Position numbers and translations under genes: made by a program
The notes under the pieces: model-generated
Seen by the model: the letters and a program-made list of their open reading frames with translations, nothing else
Database searches by the model: none
What the model was told of the DNA's origin: nothing
Assembly (NCBI RefSeq): GCF_039654945.1
Contig: NW_027361881.1
Span: 1,922,001 to 1,982,420, forward strand
DNA from: Dendrobates tinctorius
Taxonomy: Eukaryota
Reading direction: 5' to 3'
DNA length: 60,420 bases
Shown here: one piece after another, positions 12,646-24,941 of the stretch
Numbering within the stretch: position 1 is the stretch's first letter
Layout: each line of letters opens with the position of its first letter

Positions 12646-13084
12646 TCTGCCAAATATCAAAAAACATCAGGTAGAAACCCTGAGAAATACTGGACGGAAA
12701 ATCAGCTTTATCATCAATGTCAGGCAGCAGCTGCCAAAGCAAATGCCGGAGCCAAGGGGGGGGGGCAGGACAAGTCACCAGGCCGGGCCGCACCAGGAAC
12801 CCTGTGTATGAAGGCAGGAGGCAGCCCAGGTTATTACGGGAATGGGCGTCTTGCAGAACCCGGGGGGCGTCCAGTGCAGAGAAAATACATCATAGGGGCG
12901 ATGTTATCACAGTGTGCGGACCGTACAGACATCTGTATAATGACGTGTCTACTCCTGGGCCTGTACCAGGGACAAGGGGGCATCCGCTACAACTAGGGGA
13001 AAGGTGTCACCGTAACCACAGATGATTCTGTACTGTACAAGCTATGATACCATGGGTTCTTTGTCATACAAGCAGTCATACTAT

Positions 13085-13606
13085 GGATTCTTTACTATCC
13101 GAGCTGTGATTATGGATTATTTACTGTTCAAGTATTAAGACTGTGGATTCTTTCCTGTAAGAGCAGCGAGACTGTGGATTCTTTCCTGTAAGAGCGGTGA
13201 GAGTGTGGATTCTTCACTGTAAGAGCAGTAAAACCGTGGATTCTTTATAGTAAGAGTAGTGAGACTGTGGATTCTTTATAGTAAGAGCGGTGAGAGTGTG
13301 GATTCTTTATTGTAAGAGTAGTGAGACTGTGGATTCTTTATAGTAAGAGCGGCGAGACCGTGGATTCTTCACTGTAAGAGCGGTGAGACTGTGGATTCTT
13401 TATAGTAAGAGCGGCGAGACCGTGGATTCTTCACTGTAAGAGCGGCGAGACCGTGGATTCTTTATAGTAAGAGCGGCGAGACCGTGGATTCTTTATAGTA
13501 AGAGCGGCGAGACCGTGGATTCTTTATAGTAAGAGTGGCGAGACTGTGGATTCTTTATTGTAAGAGCGGCGAGACTGTGGATTCTTTCCTGTAAGAGCGG
13601 CGAGGC
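13085..13606. repeat. 31-bp minisatellite, ~17 units
   Basis: Unit GAGACYGTGGATTCTTTATAGTAAGAGCGGC, decaying toward the left edge. Confidence 0.92.
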
Positions 13607-13963
13607 TATAGCACTCTCTGTCACATGATGGCTATTTCACTAAACAAGTTCTAGAAGGACCTCGATGCCTTTCTGGAAAGTATAATATTACAGTTTATGG
13701 GACCTGGATTGTGGCGATCGGGATGTTGATCCCGTCAGTTATTCTGATTGCCAGATTCAGTGCTGGGAGGCGATGTGCCCATGAATACGGGGTAATAAGC
13801 TCCCGCCTGGAGGCTTTGCCTGCCTCTGGATCCATCCCATAATAAAGTGCTGGGGCGCTGCTGGACAAGACAAAAACCTGCGCAGAAGAGAAGCGTCCGC
13901 CCAGTTCTATCCTTCACGAGTAAGACGACTGAAAGTAAAAGAATTGTGGGAATAACGTAACAT

Positions 13964-13969
13964 TTTATT
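13964..13969 (-). terminator. Candidate polyadenylation signal of the dusp22a-like gene
   Basis: AATAAA on the minus strand ~260 nt after the stop codon. Confidence 0.6.
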
Positions 13970-14225
13970 CCCACTTCATAGAATTTCTAAGAAAAGAGAA
14001 GTAGAATGCGGAGAATTAATATTCAGGGCACAGAGGTGGGTCCGTGGCCCCGTATGAAGTGTCCAGATATTAGCCCTTGCGGGGGCGCACGTCTCCTCCT
14101 GGGGGGTTGATGAAGCTTGGGGGACTTTGGCAGTCAGCCTTCATAGCTGTAGACTCCCATGGTGGGCAGTGCAGCACACAAGCCCCCCTGGCACACTGCA
14201 CGCTCCTCCACACGCCCCCGTTGTC

Positions 14226-14420
14226 CTACACGTCGCCCCACCTGTGTTTGGAGCCGTAGGCTTTGTACGGGAGCGAGTAGTCTGTCTCCGGCCGGTTCAC
14301 CCAGTGCTTCTGCGTTTGCCTCAGCTGCTCCTGCTGTTCCTGTTCGGACAGTAATCTGAGGACTCGCTCCTGATCTGTGTAGGGGCTTCGTCCATATTCC
14401 TGCAGCAGCCGCAGTCTGTA
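14226..14420 (-). CDS. dusp22a: DUSP22-family phosphatase (dusp22a-like), coding exon 7 (last)
   Basis: AG acceptor at 14421-14422; YRLRLLQEYGRSPYTDQERVLRLLSEQ..WGDV*; the seven exons total 630 nt = 209 aa + stop. Confidence 0.9.
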   Translation of the reverse strand, partial: YRLRLLQEYGRSPYTDQERVLRLLSEQEQQEQLRQTQKHWVNRPETDYSLPYKAYGSKHRWGDV

Positions 14421-14890
14421 CTGTAGGGGCGAAAACAGGGACAGGATCATCAGAAAAGAAGGAAAGCTTTACAAATGTCACAAAATACTAAAGACACTAA
14501 AAAAGCTGCAAATTACTCCAGAAAAGCGGAGACACTGCGGTGACGAATCCGGGCCCAAGTGTTAATGAGCAGCAGATGCTTACGTCATCACTATGCTCTT
14601 CAGATAAGAGCCATCCTCAATGGTTTCCCTGCTTGCTGATGGTTTCCCGGTAGCAGAAAGAGTTTATTATACATTACCAAAGTTATACACAATGGGGAGC
14701 CGTCCTGCGATACACAGCATCTCACTGATGTGAGTGGAGACTGTGTAATGCTTAGTTTCCCCTGTGGTGGCGCTGTGGGGAGGCTGAATACTTTCTGACA
14801 TGTCCCCCTACAGCAGATCACTGGGGGTCACGGCAGGAGGAAAATTATCAACCAACTTATTGTTATCAGATTGTCCAAAGCTGAGAACCC

Positions 14891-15220
14891 TTTAAAAGGA
14901 AACAGTCAGCAGGATTTCTCCCCCAAACTCTCTATATCCGCATGAATATCTCTCAATATCTTTACACGGCCAATCCGTTCCTCCGTTACTGAGAAATCAG
15001 CGTTTGATTTGCTATGCAAATGAAGCTGAAGAGCTATGGTAGATCTGAAGCCTGTGTCACTCCAGCTCTATTCCCTGCCCAGCAACGCCTCCTTCTACTG
15101 AAGTCTCACAGTATAGGGTGGTCAGGAGGTGGCGCTGGGCAGGGAATAGAGCTGGAGTGACACAGGCTTCACATCTAGTCAGATGCTGATTTCTCAGTTA
15201 CGGACCGGCCATGTAACGGT
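14891..15220. mobile_element. Palindromic MITE (TTAA-flanked, T2/Kolobok-like)
   Basis: Begins TTTAAAAGG; near-perfect ~50-bp inverted arms at ~15040-15092 and ~15126-15176, with outer arms ACTGAGAAATCAGC / GCTGATTTCTCAGT; family call is inference. Confidence 0.65.
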
Positions 15221-15630
15221 GTGGGACTTGTCTATGGCAGAGCTATAACTGCACAGGATGGTCTCTCACATGAAATGTCACCCAATGGGGTCAGAAGATG
15301 AGCGACAGACCCGCGGCTACAAGTGGGGTCATCACATGAGTATAAAGGCATCAGGTAGAGGCGGAAAACAAAAGCCACACAGCGGAAAGTCTCCAGCCCT
15401 GTCCCCTGCGAGGAGCCTTGTCTTCAGCTCCCGGAACGGGTCTGCTGCCGGCGCGCCTCGCGCTCCACCATTGCTGTCATCTACCGGCTTCCTTTTCTTC
15501 ACAATGAGGTTTCCTCGGCTCGGCCATTTTGCTGGTGTTCAGGTCGACCATAGACTTGGTTTTGGTTAATGTCTCTGCTCATGGCTGGAGGCCCTGACAC
15601 ACGATGTGTCCCCGTGCCCCCTCACTACTG

Positions 15631-16377
15631 TGACCCTTCAGACCCCTCTGTCCCTCTCCAGACCCTTCTGTCCCCCTCCAGACCCTTCTGTCCCCCTCCA
15701 GACCCCTCTGTCCCCCTCCAGACCCCTCTGTCCCCCTCCAGACCCCTCTGTCCCTCTCCAGACCCTTCTGTCCCCCTCCAGACCCCTCTGTCCCCCTCCA
15801 GACCCCTCTGTCCCCCTCCAGACCCCTCTGTCCCCCTCCAGACCCTTCTGTCCCCCTCCAGACCCTTCTGTCCCCCTCCAGACCCTTCTGTCCCCCTCCA
15901 GACCCCTCTGTCCCCCTCCAGACCCTTCTGTCCCCCTCCAGACCCTTCTGTCCCCCTCCAGACCCTTCTGTCCCCCTCCAGACCCCTCTGTCCCCCTCCA
16001 GACCCCTCTGTCCCCCTCCAGACCCCTCTGTCCCTCTCCAGACCCTTCTGTCCCCCTCCAGACCCCTCTGTCCCCCTCCAGACCCCTCTGTCCCTCTCCA
16101 GACCCCTCTGTCCCCCTCCAGACCCTTCTGTCCCCCTCCAGACCCTTCTGTCCCCCTCCAGACCCCTCTGTCCCCCTCCAGACCCCTCTGTCCCCCTCCA
16201 GACCCCTCTGTCCCCCTCCAGACCCTTCTGTCCCCCTCCAGACCCCTCTGTCCCTCTCCAGACCCCCTCCAGACCCCTCTGTCCCCCTCCAGACCCTTCT
16301 GTCCCCCTCCAGACCCTTCTGTCCCCCTCCAGACCCCTCTGTCCCCCTCCAGACCCCTCTGTCCCCCTCCAGACCCT
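15631..16377. repeat. 20-bp C-rich minisatellite, ~37 units (dusp intron 6)
   Basis: Unit GACCCYTCTGTCCCYCTCCA. Confidence 0.97.
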
Positions 16378-17169
16378 TTTATTCACTCTGGACTTCTGTG
16401 GCAGCAGCTTATTTTTCCGATATGAGGCAGTTGATGGCCGATGTTGGGAGCGCTCAGACCCTCATACACATTAGATGATTGGCCCTGTAGACATTGGTGG
16501 ACATACATGTGCACGGCCCGGCGGTAGCCTGGAAGGATCTGTTAATCACGGACTTGCTGCAGACGATCACTGCGGCTGATGACCGGATGGCGTTATGCTA
16601 TCATTAAACTGGCGGCATCTCTAGCTTTCGAGCACTGGCCGGCAGAACAGGACGGAGGTATAAAGTGGGCACAGACCCTGGGTGTCCATGGTCATTGGCA
16701 CAGAGTGCAGTTATCGCTGGCTGCTGTCTAACAGGAGACAATCCTGGGGACCCCTATGACCACGGCTGCACGACCCAGCCCCGTCACATCGGAGGGTCCA
16801 ATCACTACTAACCAATGTGACGGTGTCCTAAGTGAGGGAGCCACAAGTGTCACAATAACGGGAAGGGTTAATCTACACGGTGTTGCAATCGACATCAGCA
16901 GTTTCTTGTACATGTGATGAACGGATCGTGACCCGGGAGAATTTCTAAATGATGTGAAAACCCTGAAGAGGAGAAACGTCAGGACCCTGTGACCCACCGG
17001 CCGCTCTGGGATTGTAATATGACGGCGACACAACAACATAAACACAATGACTAATATTAGTCAGCGCACAACGTACACTGGCAGAGCCCCCCCATACATG
17101 ATGGCGATACTGGGACTAGCAGTATATAGTATCAGCCCCCATAAGAGCTACTGTACAGCCAAATAAGAT

Positions 17170-17664
17170 CACCTCTATAGCCCCCTCTATATCTTCTCTA
17201 TAACCCCCTCTATGATATCTCCTCTATAGCCCCCTGTTTAATATATCCTCTATAGCCCCCATCGTAGCCCCCTGTATATCTCCTCTATAGCCCCCATTGT
17301 AGCCCCCTCTATTATTGCTCCTCTATAGCCCCTTCTATAATATCTCCTTTATAGCCCCCTCTATAATATCTCCTTTATAGCCCCCTCTATTATTGCTCCT
17401 CTATAGCCCCCTGTATAATATCTCTATAGCCCCATTGCTCCTCTATTGCCCCTATCATAGCACCCTGTATAATAACTCTATAGCCCCCTCTATAATATCT
17501 CCTCTATAGCCCCCTCTATTATTGCTCCTCTATAGCCCCCTCTATAATATCTCCTTTATAGCCCCCTCTATAATATCTCCTCTATAGCCCCCTCTATAAT
17601 ATCTCCTTTATAGCCCCCTCTATAATATCTCCTCTATAGCCCCCTGTATAATATCTCCTCTATA
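17170..17664. repeat. ~26-28-bp minisatellite next to the exon 6 donor
   Basis: Unit CTCCTCTATAGCCCCCTCTATAATAT with indels. Confidence 0.9.
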
Positions 17665-17697
17665 GGGGTCTCCGCTGTCCTTTTCCCGCCCCTTTAC

Positions 17698-17869
17698 CTC
17701 TTTCGCCGTCGTCTTTTCATATTCCTGCAGCTGCTGCTGAAATCCGATGTTGGGCCCCACGTACGACCTCACGGCCCGCACCGCCGACAGACAATCTTCC
17801 CATCCACAGGACGTCACCGTCATCAGATAGGCGACCACGATGGTGGTGCTGCGCGACACACCGGCCAAG
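17698..17869 (-). CDS. dusp22a: dusp22a-like coding exon 6 (catalytic loop)
   Basis: 172 nt, AG/GT bounded; (C)LAGVSRSTTIVVAYLMTVT..VRSYVGPNIGFQQQLQEYEKTTAKE. Confidence 0.96.
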
Positions 17870-17989
17870 CTGTGCACACAGGAGACACCAGCAGTCAGCC
17901 ATCATCCCCTGCCCGGGGCCCTGGGGGCCACAGAGACCCTGTCATTACCTGCTTGCTGTAGGTATATGGGAAGATTCTTGCATTTCCCC

Positions 17990-18048
17990 TTTTCACATGT
18001 AAAGCGCCATGGAATAAATGGCGCTATATAAATGCATAATAATAATAG
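17990..18048 (+). mobile_element. Very short L2 3'-end insertion
   Basis: TCACATGTAAAGCGCCATGGAATAAATGGCGCTATA is identical to 8197-8232 and is followed by TAA repeats. Confidence 0.8.
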
Positions 18049-18300
18049 TATGGCCGCTGTGTCCCGCACAGAGCATTGTCTACACTGATGCAACTGTAAC
18101 AAACTCCCAGAAGTGACAAATATTCATCATGTCCGGGGCCGAGTCCCCTGTTACCATTCACCGACAGCAAGCGGAGATCTTAAAGTGAAACGGTGGCGAT
18201 TATAAAGTTACAGAAATGTTATATATTATAGATGATAAAACCTCCAATAATTCAGAAATCTGCTAATCCGTAACACGCGCCTCCTGCGTGCGGCACTGAC

Positions 18301-18375
18301 CAGTGGACGAGGCAGCGGCCGCCGCTCACACGACACTCGTGGATGAACCGGACGCTCTCCTGAAAGTGCTGAATC
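18301..18375 (-). CDS. dusp22a: dusp22a-like coding exon 5
   Basis: 75 nt, AG/GT bounded; IQHFQESVRFIHECRVSGGRCLVH(C). Confidence 0.96.
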
Positions 18376-20579
18376 CTAGAAGAGAAAGAACGAAGAAGCG
18401 TCAGAATGTGCGACTGCTGACAACCGGGCGTCCCGTGTCACAGGCTGTCGGACACCCTGCTCAGTCTCACGGCCAGAAATGTTCTGCCAATCTCTCTTCA
18501 ATGTGTTTTCCTTTCCAACCCTCTGCTTGCTGTCAGTGGACAGAAGTATAGTCTACTCCCGGGTATATAAACCTGAGCTTGTCCTGCTCACACAGCTGCG
18601 GTGCTTGTTACAATGTGTCAGTGCAGGATAGGAGAGGGCTCACAGAGCATGGCGTCGGCTCCAGCAGCTGTGTGAGGAGCACTAGCACCGGACTCATCCC
18701 CTGCAGCCACTGTGTGCAATGTGCCCGCTGTCACGATTCCCCGTGGCCGACTACATTCTCATCCGACCTCTCTCAGTAGATCGCCGCTTCCATTCGCCTA
18801 CACAGATCTGAAAAGTGCTGAAGAAATTGTAACGAAACCCTGCTGAAAAACGAAGGCCGCCTTCTATTGCTCTCTGGTGTCAGGATGGCGTCTTGGCTTT
18901 TTCTCGCGTATTTTGCGGTTTTGGATCATATGACGGCGATGAGAAATGCTGAATGTAACGTGTGTACGCGCTGACATTTCAGATCTGCAGCCGAGATGAT
19001 TCATGCTGACATTTCTGCAGGACTGAGAAGAACATGTGTAATCCCCCCCCCCCCCCCCCGAGGCAGGAAACCACTGGGGGACGAGCGTGGAGCAGCCGAT
19101 AAGCTCTACCCGTATAGTACACGGGCACATATGGCTCCAACACGCGCAGAGGCGCAGTACAGAGATCGCCATATGTGCAGACAAATCCCCAATGAGGGTC
19201 TATTATAGGATAGCCCCCCCCCGGGCCAGCCCTACAGAAAACAGGCCAAGTACCGCCACCTAAAGGGGGCGCCCATGCACTGACGCCTTCCTCCAGAGGC
19301 TGGAGTCCCACCGGGACCCAGCACATAACTCTCAGCATAACCTGCACGGACAGACAATGGAGCAACATTACAGACCGCAGCCTCATCTTCTATCTGCACA
19401 GACCGCCATCAGCTCACAGCAAGCAGAAGTATGGAAAAAGGTGAAGAACTTATCATTACACGGTGATTGATAGAAAACCGAAGGACGTCACGTGGCTCAG
19501 TGGGTAAGACTAGATTATAAATACTCATTCCTGTAGGACCCCCACCCATTATCAGTGTATACCGGGGTATGGCGGCCCACCACGCATTACACTGCACATA
19601 GAGGAAGGCGTCTTCTCACAAGGTGAGAAACCCACATCCTCCACAGGGGTCAGCAGGCTGGACTCTAAGAAACACCACCACAAAGAGCAGAATGTGAAGG
19701 AGGCACAAGGTGGAAACGAGAGCGAGGCAGAAAATGGGGCAAAATGACCCGAGAACTGCAGCGAGAGGCTTCAGATGCCCCCCAACCTCCAAGAAACTCT
19801 TCCCTGCACGCTCCACCTCGCACGCTGCGTCCTATCGGTGCAATATTGAGAGTGTACTGATCACGGGCCGCAGCCTGCACTGACACACTGTAACGAACCA
19901 TCAGCACAGGCGATGTGTTTAGTGTGGCAGGGGATGGTCACACTGGATGCAAGTGTAGCAAACCCCCAGCTATAGGAACGTGTGTGCTTCTATGGGATCT
20001 CAGTCTCTCCATGATCTTTTTACCATAACTGACAGCAAGCAGAGATCTTAGAAATGGAAGCACAAAGTCTAGAACATTTCACCGTACAGAGATTTCGCTC
20101 CATTTACAGTTTTAGGTTCATCAGGAAACGGCAAAAATGGGATAATATCGTGGCCTCATCTCCCCAACACCGATCCCAATAATCAACGGCGCCCCCTACA
20201 GGCGGCAAAATCCGGAAACGCCAGAGCGAAGGCGACAAAAGTGTGTTTCAGAATTAGACGTTTCACAAATCAATATTTCTTTTTTTGCAGAAATGATTGT
20301 AAACCCTGAACTTGAGACGGCTCCGAGGACGGCAGCAGCGATTGCATCACACGCCGGGGGCGAAGAAAGAGCGAGCAGATGAATGAGCGAGCCGCCCCTT
20401 CCTGCGGGCAGCAACGTGGGCAGGAGAGCGAAGGCCGAGACACGCGGCACGAAAAACAGCGATGTTCTGCAGATCACCGAGGCCAGAGGTGTAATAACCT
20501 GCAGGCTAGAAAGGGCTTGAAAAAGTCTTCACGCCCCGTGAACTTTTCCACATTTTCATGTTACACCACAAACGTAAAT

Positions 20580-20697
20580 AATAATCTTTATTTTCATATA
20601 GCGCTAACATATTCCGCAGCGCTGTACACACATCATCATCGCTGTCCCCGATAGGGAATCTAGATTGTGAGCCCCAGCAGTCTGTCTTTGGAGTGTG
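20580..20697 (-). mobile_element. SINE 3' fragment inserted in the left Tc1 terminal repeat
   Basis: Matches 56325-56452 (ATAATCTTTATTT..AGCGCTAACATATTCCGCAGCGCT); the TIR resumes at 20698 after an AAT duplication. Confidence 0.85.
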
Positions 20698-20863
20698 AAT
20701 GCATTTTCTTCGGATTTTATGTCAAACATAAAGTAACAAGTATTCGTGACGTGTAAAGGAAATTATACGGGGTGTACTAATTATTATAATAATATACATC
20801 TGACAATTGGGCCGTGCAAAAGTATTAAGCCCCAGAGTCAGCACTTTGTAGGATCACCAATGA

Positions 20864-23331
20864 CTGCTGCAGTCTTTTGGGGTCTGTCTCTTCAGCTTTC
20901 TATGTGGCCTTTTGGGGTCTGTCTCTTCAGCTTTCTCTGCGGCCTTTTGGGGTCTGTCTCTTCACCTTTCTCTGCAGTCTTTTGGGGTCTGTCTCTCCCA
21001 CCTTTCTCTGCAGTCATTTGGGGTCTGTCTCTCCCACCTTTCTCTGCAGTCATTTGGGGTCTGTCTCTCCCACCTTTCTCTGCAGTCATTTGGGGTCTGT
21101 CTCTCCCACCTTTCTCTGCAGTCATTTGGGGTCTGTCTCTCCATCTTTCTCTGCAGTCTTTTGGGGTCTGTCTCTTCCACCTTTCTCTGCAGTATTTTGG
21201 GGTCTGTCTCTCCCACCTTTCTCTGCAGTCTTTTGGGGTCTGTCTCTTCCACCTTTCTCTGCAGTCTTTTGGGGTCTGTCTCTCCCACCTTTCTCTGCAG
21301 TCATTTGGGGTCTGTCTCTCCATCTTTCTCTGCAGTCTTTTGGGGTCTGTCTCTTCCACCTTTCTCTGCAGTCATTTGGGGTCTGTCTCTCCATCTTTCT
21401 CTGCAGTCTTTTGGGGTCTGTCTCTTCCACCTTTCTCTGCAGTCTTTTGGGGTCTGTCTCTCCCACCTTTCTCTGCAGTCATTTGGGGTCTGTCTCTCCA
21501 TCTTTCTCTGCAGTCTTTTGGGGTCTGTCTCTTCCACCTTTCTCTGCAGTCTTTTGGGGTCTGTCTCTCCCACCTTTCTCTGCAGTCTTTTGGGGTCTGT
21601 CTCTTCCACCTTTCTCTGCAGTCTTTTGGGGTCTGTCTCTTCCACCTTTCTCTGCAGTCTTTTGGGGTCTGTCTCTCCCACCTTTCTCTGCAGTCTTTTG
21701 GGGTCTGTCTCTTCCACCTTTCTCTGCAGTCTTTTGGGGTCTGTCTCTCCCACCTTTCTCTGCAGTCTTTTGGGGTCTGTCTCTCCATCTTTCTCTGCAG
21801 TCTTTTGGGGTCTGTCTCTTCACCTTTCTCTGCAGTCTTTTGGGGTCTGTCTCTCCCACCTTTCTCTGCAGTCTTTTGGGGTCTGTCTCTCCCACCTTTC
21901 TCTGCAGTCATTTGGGGTCTGTCTCTCCCACCTTTCTCTGCAGTCATTTGGGGTCTGTCTCTCCCACCTTTCTCTGCAGTCATTTGGGGTCTGTCTCTCC
22001 ATCTTTCTCTGCAGTCTTTTGGGGTCTGTCTCTTCCACCTTTCTCTGCAGTATTTTGGGGTCTGTCTCTCCCACCTTTCTCTGCAGTCTTTTGGGGTCTG
22101 TCTCTTCCACCTTTCTCTGCAGTCTTTTGGGGTCTGTCTCTCCCACCTTTCTCTGCAGTCATTTGGGGTCTGTCTCTCCATCTTTCTCTGCAGTCTTTTG
22201 GGGTCTGTCTCTTCCACCTTTCTCTGCAGTCATTTGGGGTCTGTCTCTCCATCTTTCTCTGCAGTCTTTTGGGGTCTGTCTCTCCCACCTTTCTCTGCAG
22301 TCTTTTGGGGTCTGTCTCTCCCACCTTTCTCTGCAGTCATTTGGGGTCTGTCTCTCCATCTTTCTCTGCAGTCTTTTGGGGTCTGTCTCTTCCACCTTTC
22401 TCTGCAGTCTTTTGGGGTCTGTCTCTCCCACCTTTCTCTGCAGTCTTTTGGGGTCTGTCTCTTCCACCTTTCTCTGCAGTCTTTTGGGGTCTGTCTCTCC
22501 CACCTTTCTCTGCAGTCATTTGGGGTCTGTCTTTCCATCTTTCTCTGCAGTCTTTTGGGGTCTGTCTCTTCACCTTTCTCTGCAGTCTTTTGGGGTCTGT
22601 CTCTCCCACCTTTCTCTGCAGTCTTTTGGGGTCTGTCTCTCCCACCTTTCTCTGCAGTCATTTGGGGTCTGTCTCTCCCACCTTTCTCTGCAGTCATTTG
22701 GGGTCTGTCTCTCCATCTTTCTCTGCAGTCTTTTGGGGTCTGTCTCTTCCACCTTTCTCTGCAGTCATTTGGGGTCTGTCTCTCCCACCTTTCTCTGCAG
22801 TCTTTTGGGGTCTGTCTCTCCCACCTTTCTCTGCAGTCATTTGGGGTCTGTCTCTCCCACCTTTCTCTGCAGTCATTTGGGGTCTGTCTCTCCCACCTTT
22901 CTCTGCAGTCATTTGGGGTCTGTCTCTCCCACCTTTCTCTGCAGTCATTTGGGGTCTGTCTCTCCATCTTTCTCTGCAGTCTTTTGGGGACTGTCTCTCC
23001 CACCTTTCTCTGCAGTCATTTGGGGTCTGTCTCTCCATCTTTCTCTGCAGTCTATTGGGGTCTGTCTCTCCCACCTTTCTCTGCAGTCTTTTGGGGTCTG
23101 TCTCTCCCACCTTTCTCTGCAGTTATTTGGGATCTGTCTCTTCAGCTTTCTCTGCAGTCTTTTGGGGTCTGTCTCTCCACCTTTCTCTGCAGTTTTTTGT
23201 GGTCTGTCTCTCCCACCTTTCTCTGGAGTCTTTTAGGGTCTGTCTCTGCAGTCTTTTGGGGTCTGTCTCTCCACCTTCCTCTGCAGTCTTTTGGGGTCTG
23301 TCTCTTCACCTTTCTCTGCAGTCTTTTGGGG
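20864..23331. repeat. 35/36-bp minisatellite, ~69 units, inside the Tc1-like element
   Basis: Unit CTTTCTCTGCAGTCWTTTGGGGTCTGTCTCTYCCAC; the rare AGTATTTT variant recurs 858 bp apart. Confidence 0.97.
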
Positions 23332-24103
23332 CTATTTTTTCTAACCTAACCCGGCTTTCCTCTTTTCCACAACTTTATCCCTGACCTGTCTGGTGGGCTC
23401 CTTGGTTTTCATGATGTTGTTTGGTTTCTAATGTTCTCACATAAACCTCTGAGAAGAAATCACACCCAGGAGGACCAATGTAATAACTTTGTGACTTCCT
23501 TTACACGTAACAAATACTCGCTACATTGTGTTTTGTCACAGAAAATCCCAATAAAATACATTTACGTTGGTAGATGTTACGTGAAAAATGTGGAAAAAGT
23601 CACAGGGCGTGAAGACTTTTCCAAGGCAGTGTATTACTATGTATCTGTGAGGAGCGATGCTCTACAGCAGTCAGTGGTGTAATACTCTGCAGGATACACT
23701 CACACATGTGAAGCCACCCCTCTCAGGCACCCGTGCCATGGGTCGCCCAGATCTGCAGACTGCAGGGGTGGCTGTTCTTGGAGAAGGGGAAGTGGTCGGA
23801 GGGGTCAGACAGAGAGGCTGGAGAGCAGCAGATTCGGGGGAAAGGCGAGGAAGTGTTTTTTTTTTCACAGTAAAAGTTCTTGGAAGAAGTGACACTTATT
23901 GGGCAAGTTGTTTATCAGCTGCCACCGTCCTGCGGCCCCCACTGAGCTGGAGATCTCAGGAGACACAACTGTGTGGGGGTCCCAGAGGTGTTTGGGGGGT
24001 GTCCGGATAATATGTTCCCACCATATATGTCCTAATAGAGGGGAGGATGCCCACATGTCATCAGTGCTATCACTACTGGGGGTCACGACATACTGTGCGG
24101 GGG

Positions 24104-24558
24104 GGGACAGGAGGGGACGTGTGGAGGTACATGAGGGGCCATGTGAAGGGACACGAGGGGCCGTCCAGAGGGACACGAGGGGCCGTCCAGAGGGACACGA
24201 GGGGACGTGTGGAGGTACATGAGGGGCTGTACGAAGGTACACGAGGGGCCTTGCAGAGGGACACAAGGGGCCTTGCAGAGGGACACGAGGGGTTATGTGA
24301 AGGGACACAAGAGGCCTTGCAGAGGGACACGAGGGGATGTGTGAAGGGACATGAGGGGCCTTGCAGAGGGACATAAGGGGACGTGTGGAGGTACATGAGT
24401 GGCTGTGCGAAGGGACACGCGGGGCCTTGCAGAGGGACAAGAGGGGCCTTGCAGAGGGACATGAGGGGATATGTGAAGGGACATGAGGGGCCTTGCAGAG
24501 GGACATAAGGGGACGTGTGGAGGTACATGAGTGGCTGTGCGAAGGGACATGAGGGGCC
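24104..24558. repeat. ~20-21-bp G-rich composite minisatellite
   Basis: Units such as GGGACACGAGGGGCCTTGCAGA and GGGACATGAGGGGATATGTGAA. Confidence 0.88.
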
Positions 24559-24891
24559 CTGTGGAGGAGTTGTCAGAGTAAAGTTTTTCTACATCAGGTC
24601 CTGAAGTCGCTCAGAGCCTAATAATACAATTTATACAAATCCGCTCGTCACGTCTGTGTTTGTGTGCGGCGTCACAGTTACATTAGAGTGCGAGCTCCTA
24701 TGACGAGAAACTCCCCGGCCGTCATACCGAGACTCCACAAAGGGTGAGAAAATGTAATAATGAGAGAAACCTCCGACTGCGGAGGAAACAGACGCTCAGG
24801 TTTCCACTGACAATGGCAGCGACTGAGGAGAGAAGTGCAAGAGATGAAACTTGTCTGCGACATGACACGAGATAAATCCGGAGATTCTTAC

Positions 24892-24941
24892 AGGTTCTGC
24901 CGCTCAGAGTCACAGGCCGCGATACACAGATAGGTCATTTC
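24892..24941 (-). CDS. dusp22a: dusp22a-like coding exon 4 (general-acid Asp)
   Basis: 50 nt, CT-rich acceptor and GTAAGA donor; EMTYLCIAACDSERQN(L). Confidence 0.95.

Larger units (their letters stand above)
20509..23633. mobile_element. Internally deleted Tc1-like element hosting a SINE fragment and a 36-bp array
   Basis: Left end CTTGAAAAAGTCTTCACGCCCCGTGAACTTTTCCACATTTTCA is the inverse of right end TGAAAAATGTGGAAAAAGTCACAGGGCGTGAAGACTTTTCCAAGGCAGTG, followed by TA. Confidence 0.85.

Noticed and set aside
15569-16478. Extensin-like Pro-rich ORFs
   Set aside because: Translation of the 20-bp repeat
20746-23384. 774-867 aa hydrophobic ORFs
   Set aside because: All three plus frames are open because the 36-bp unit has no stop; antisense within a dusp intron
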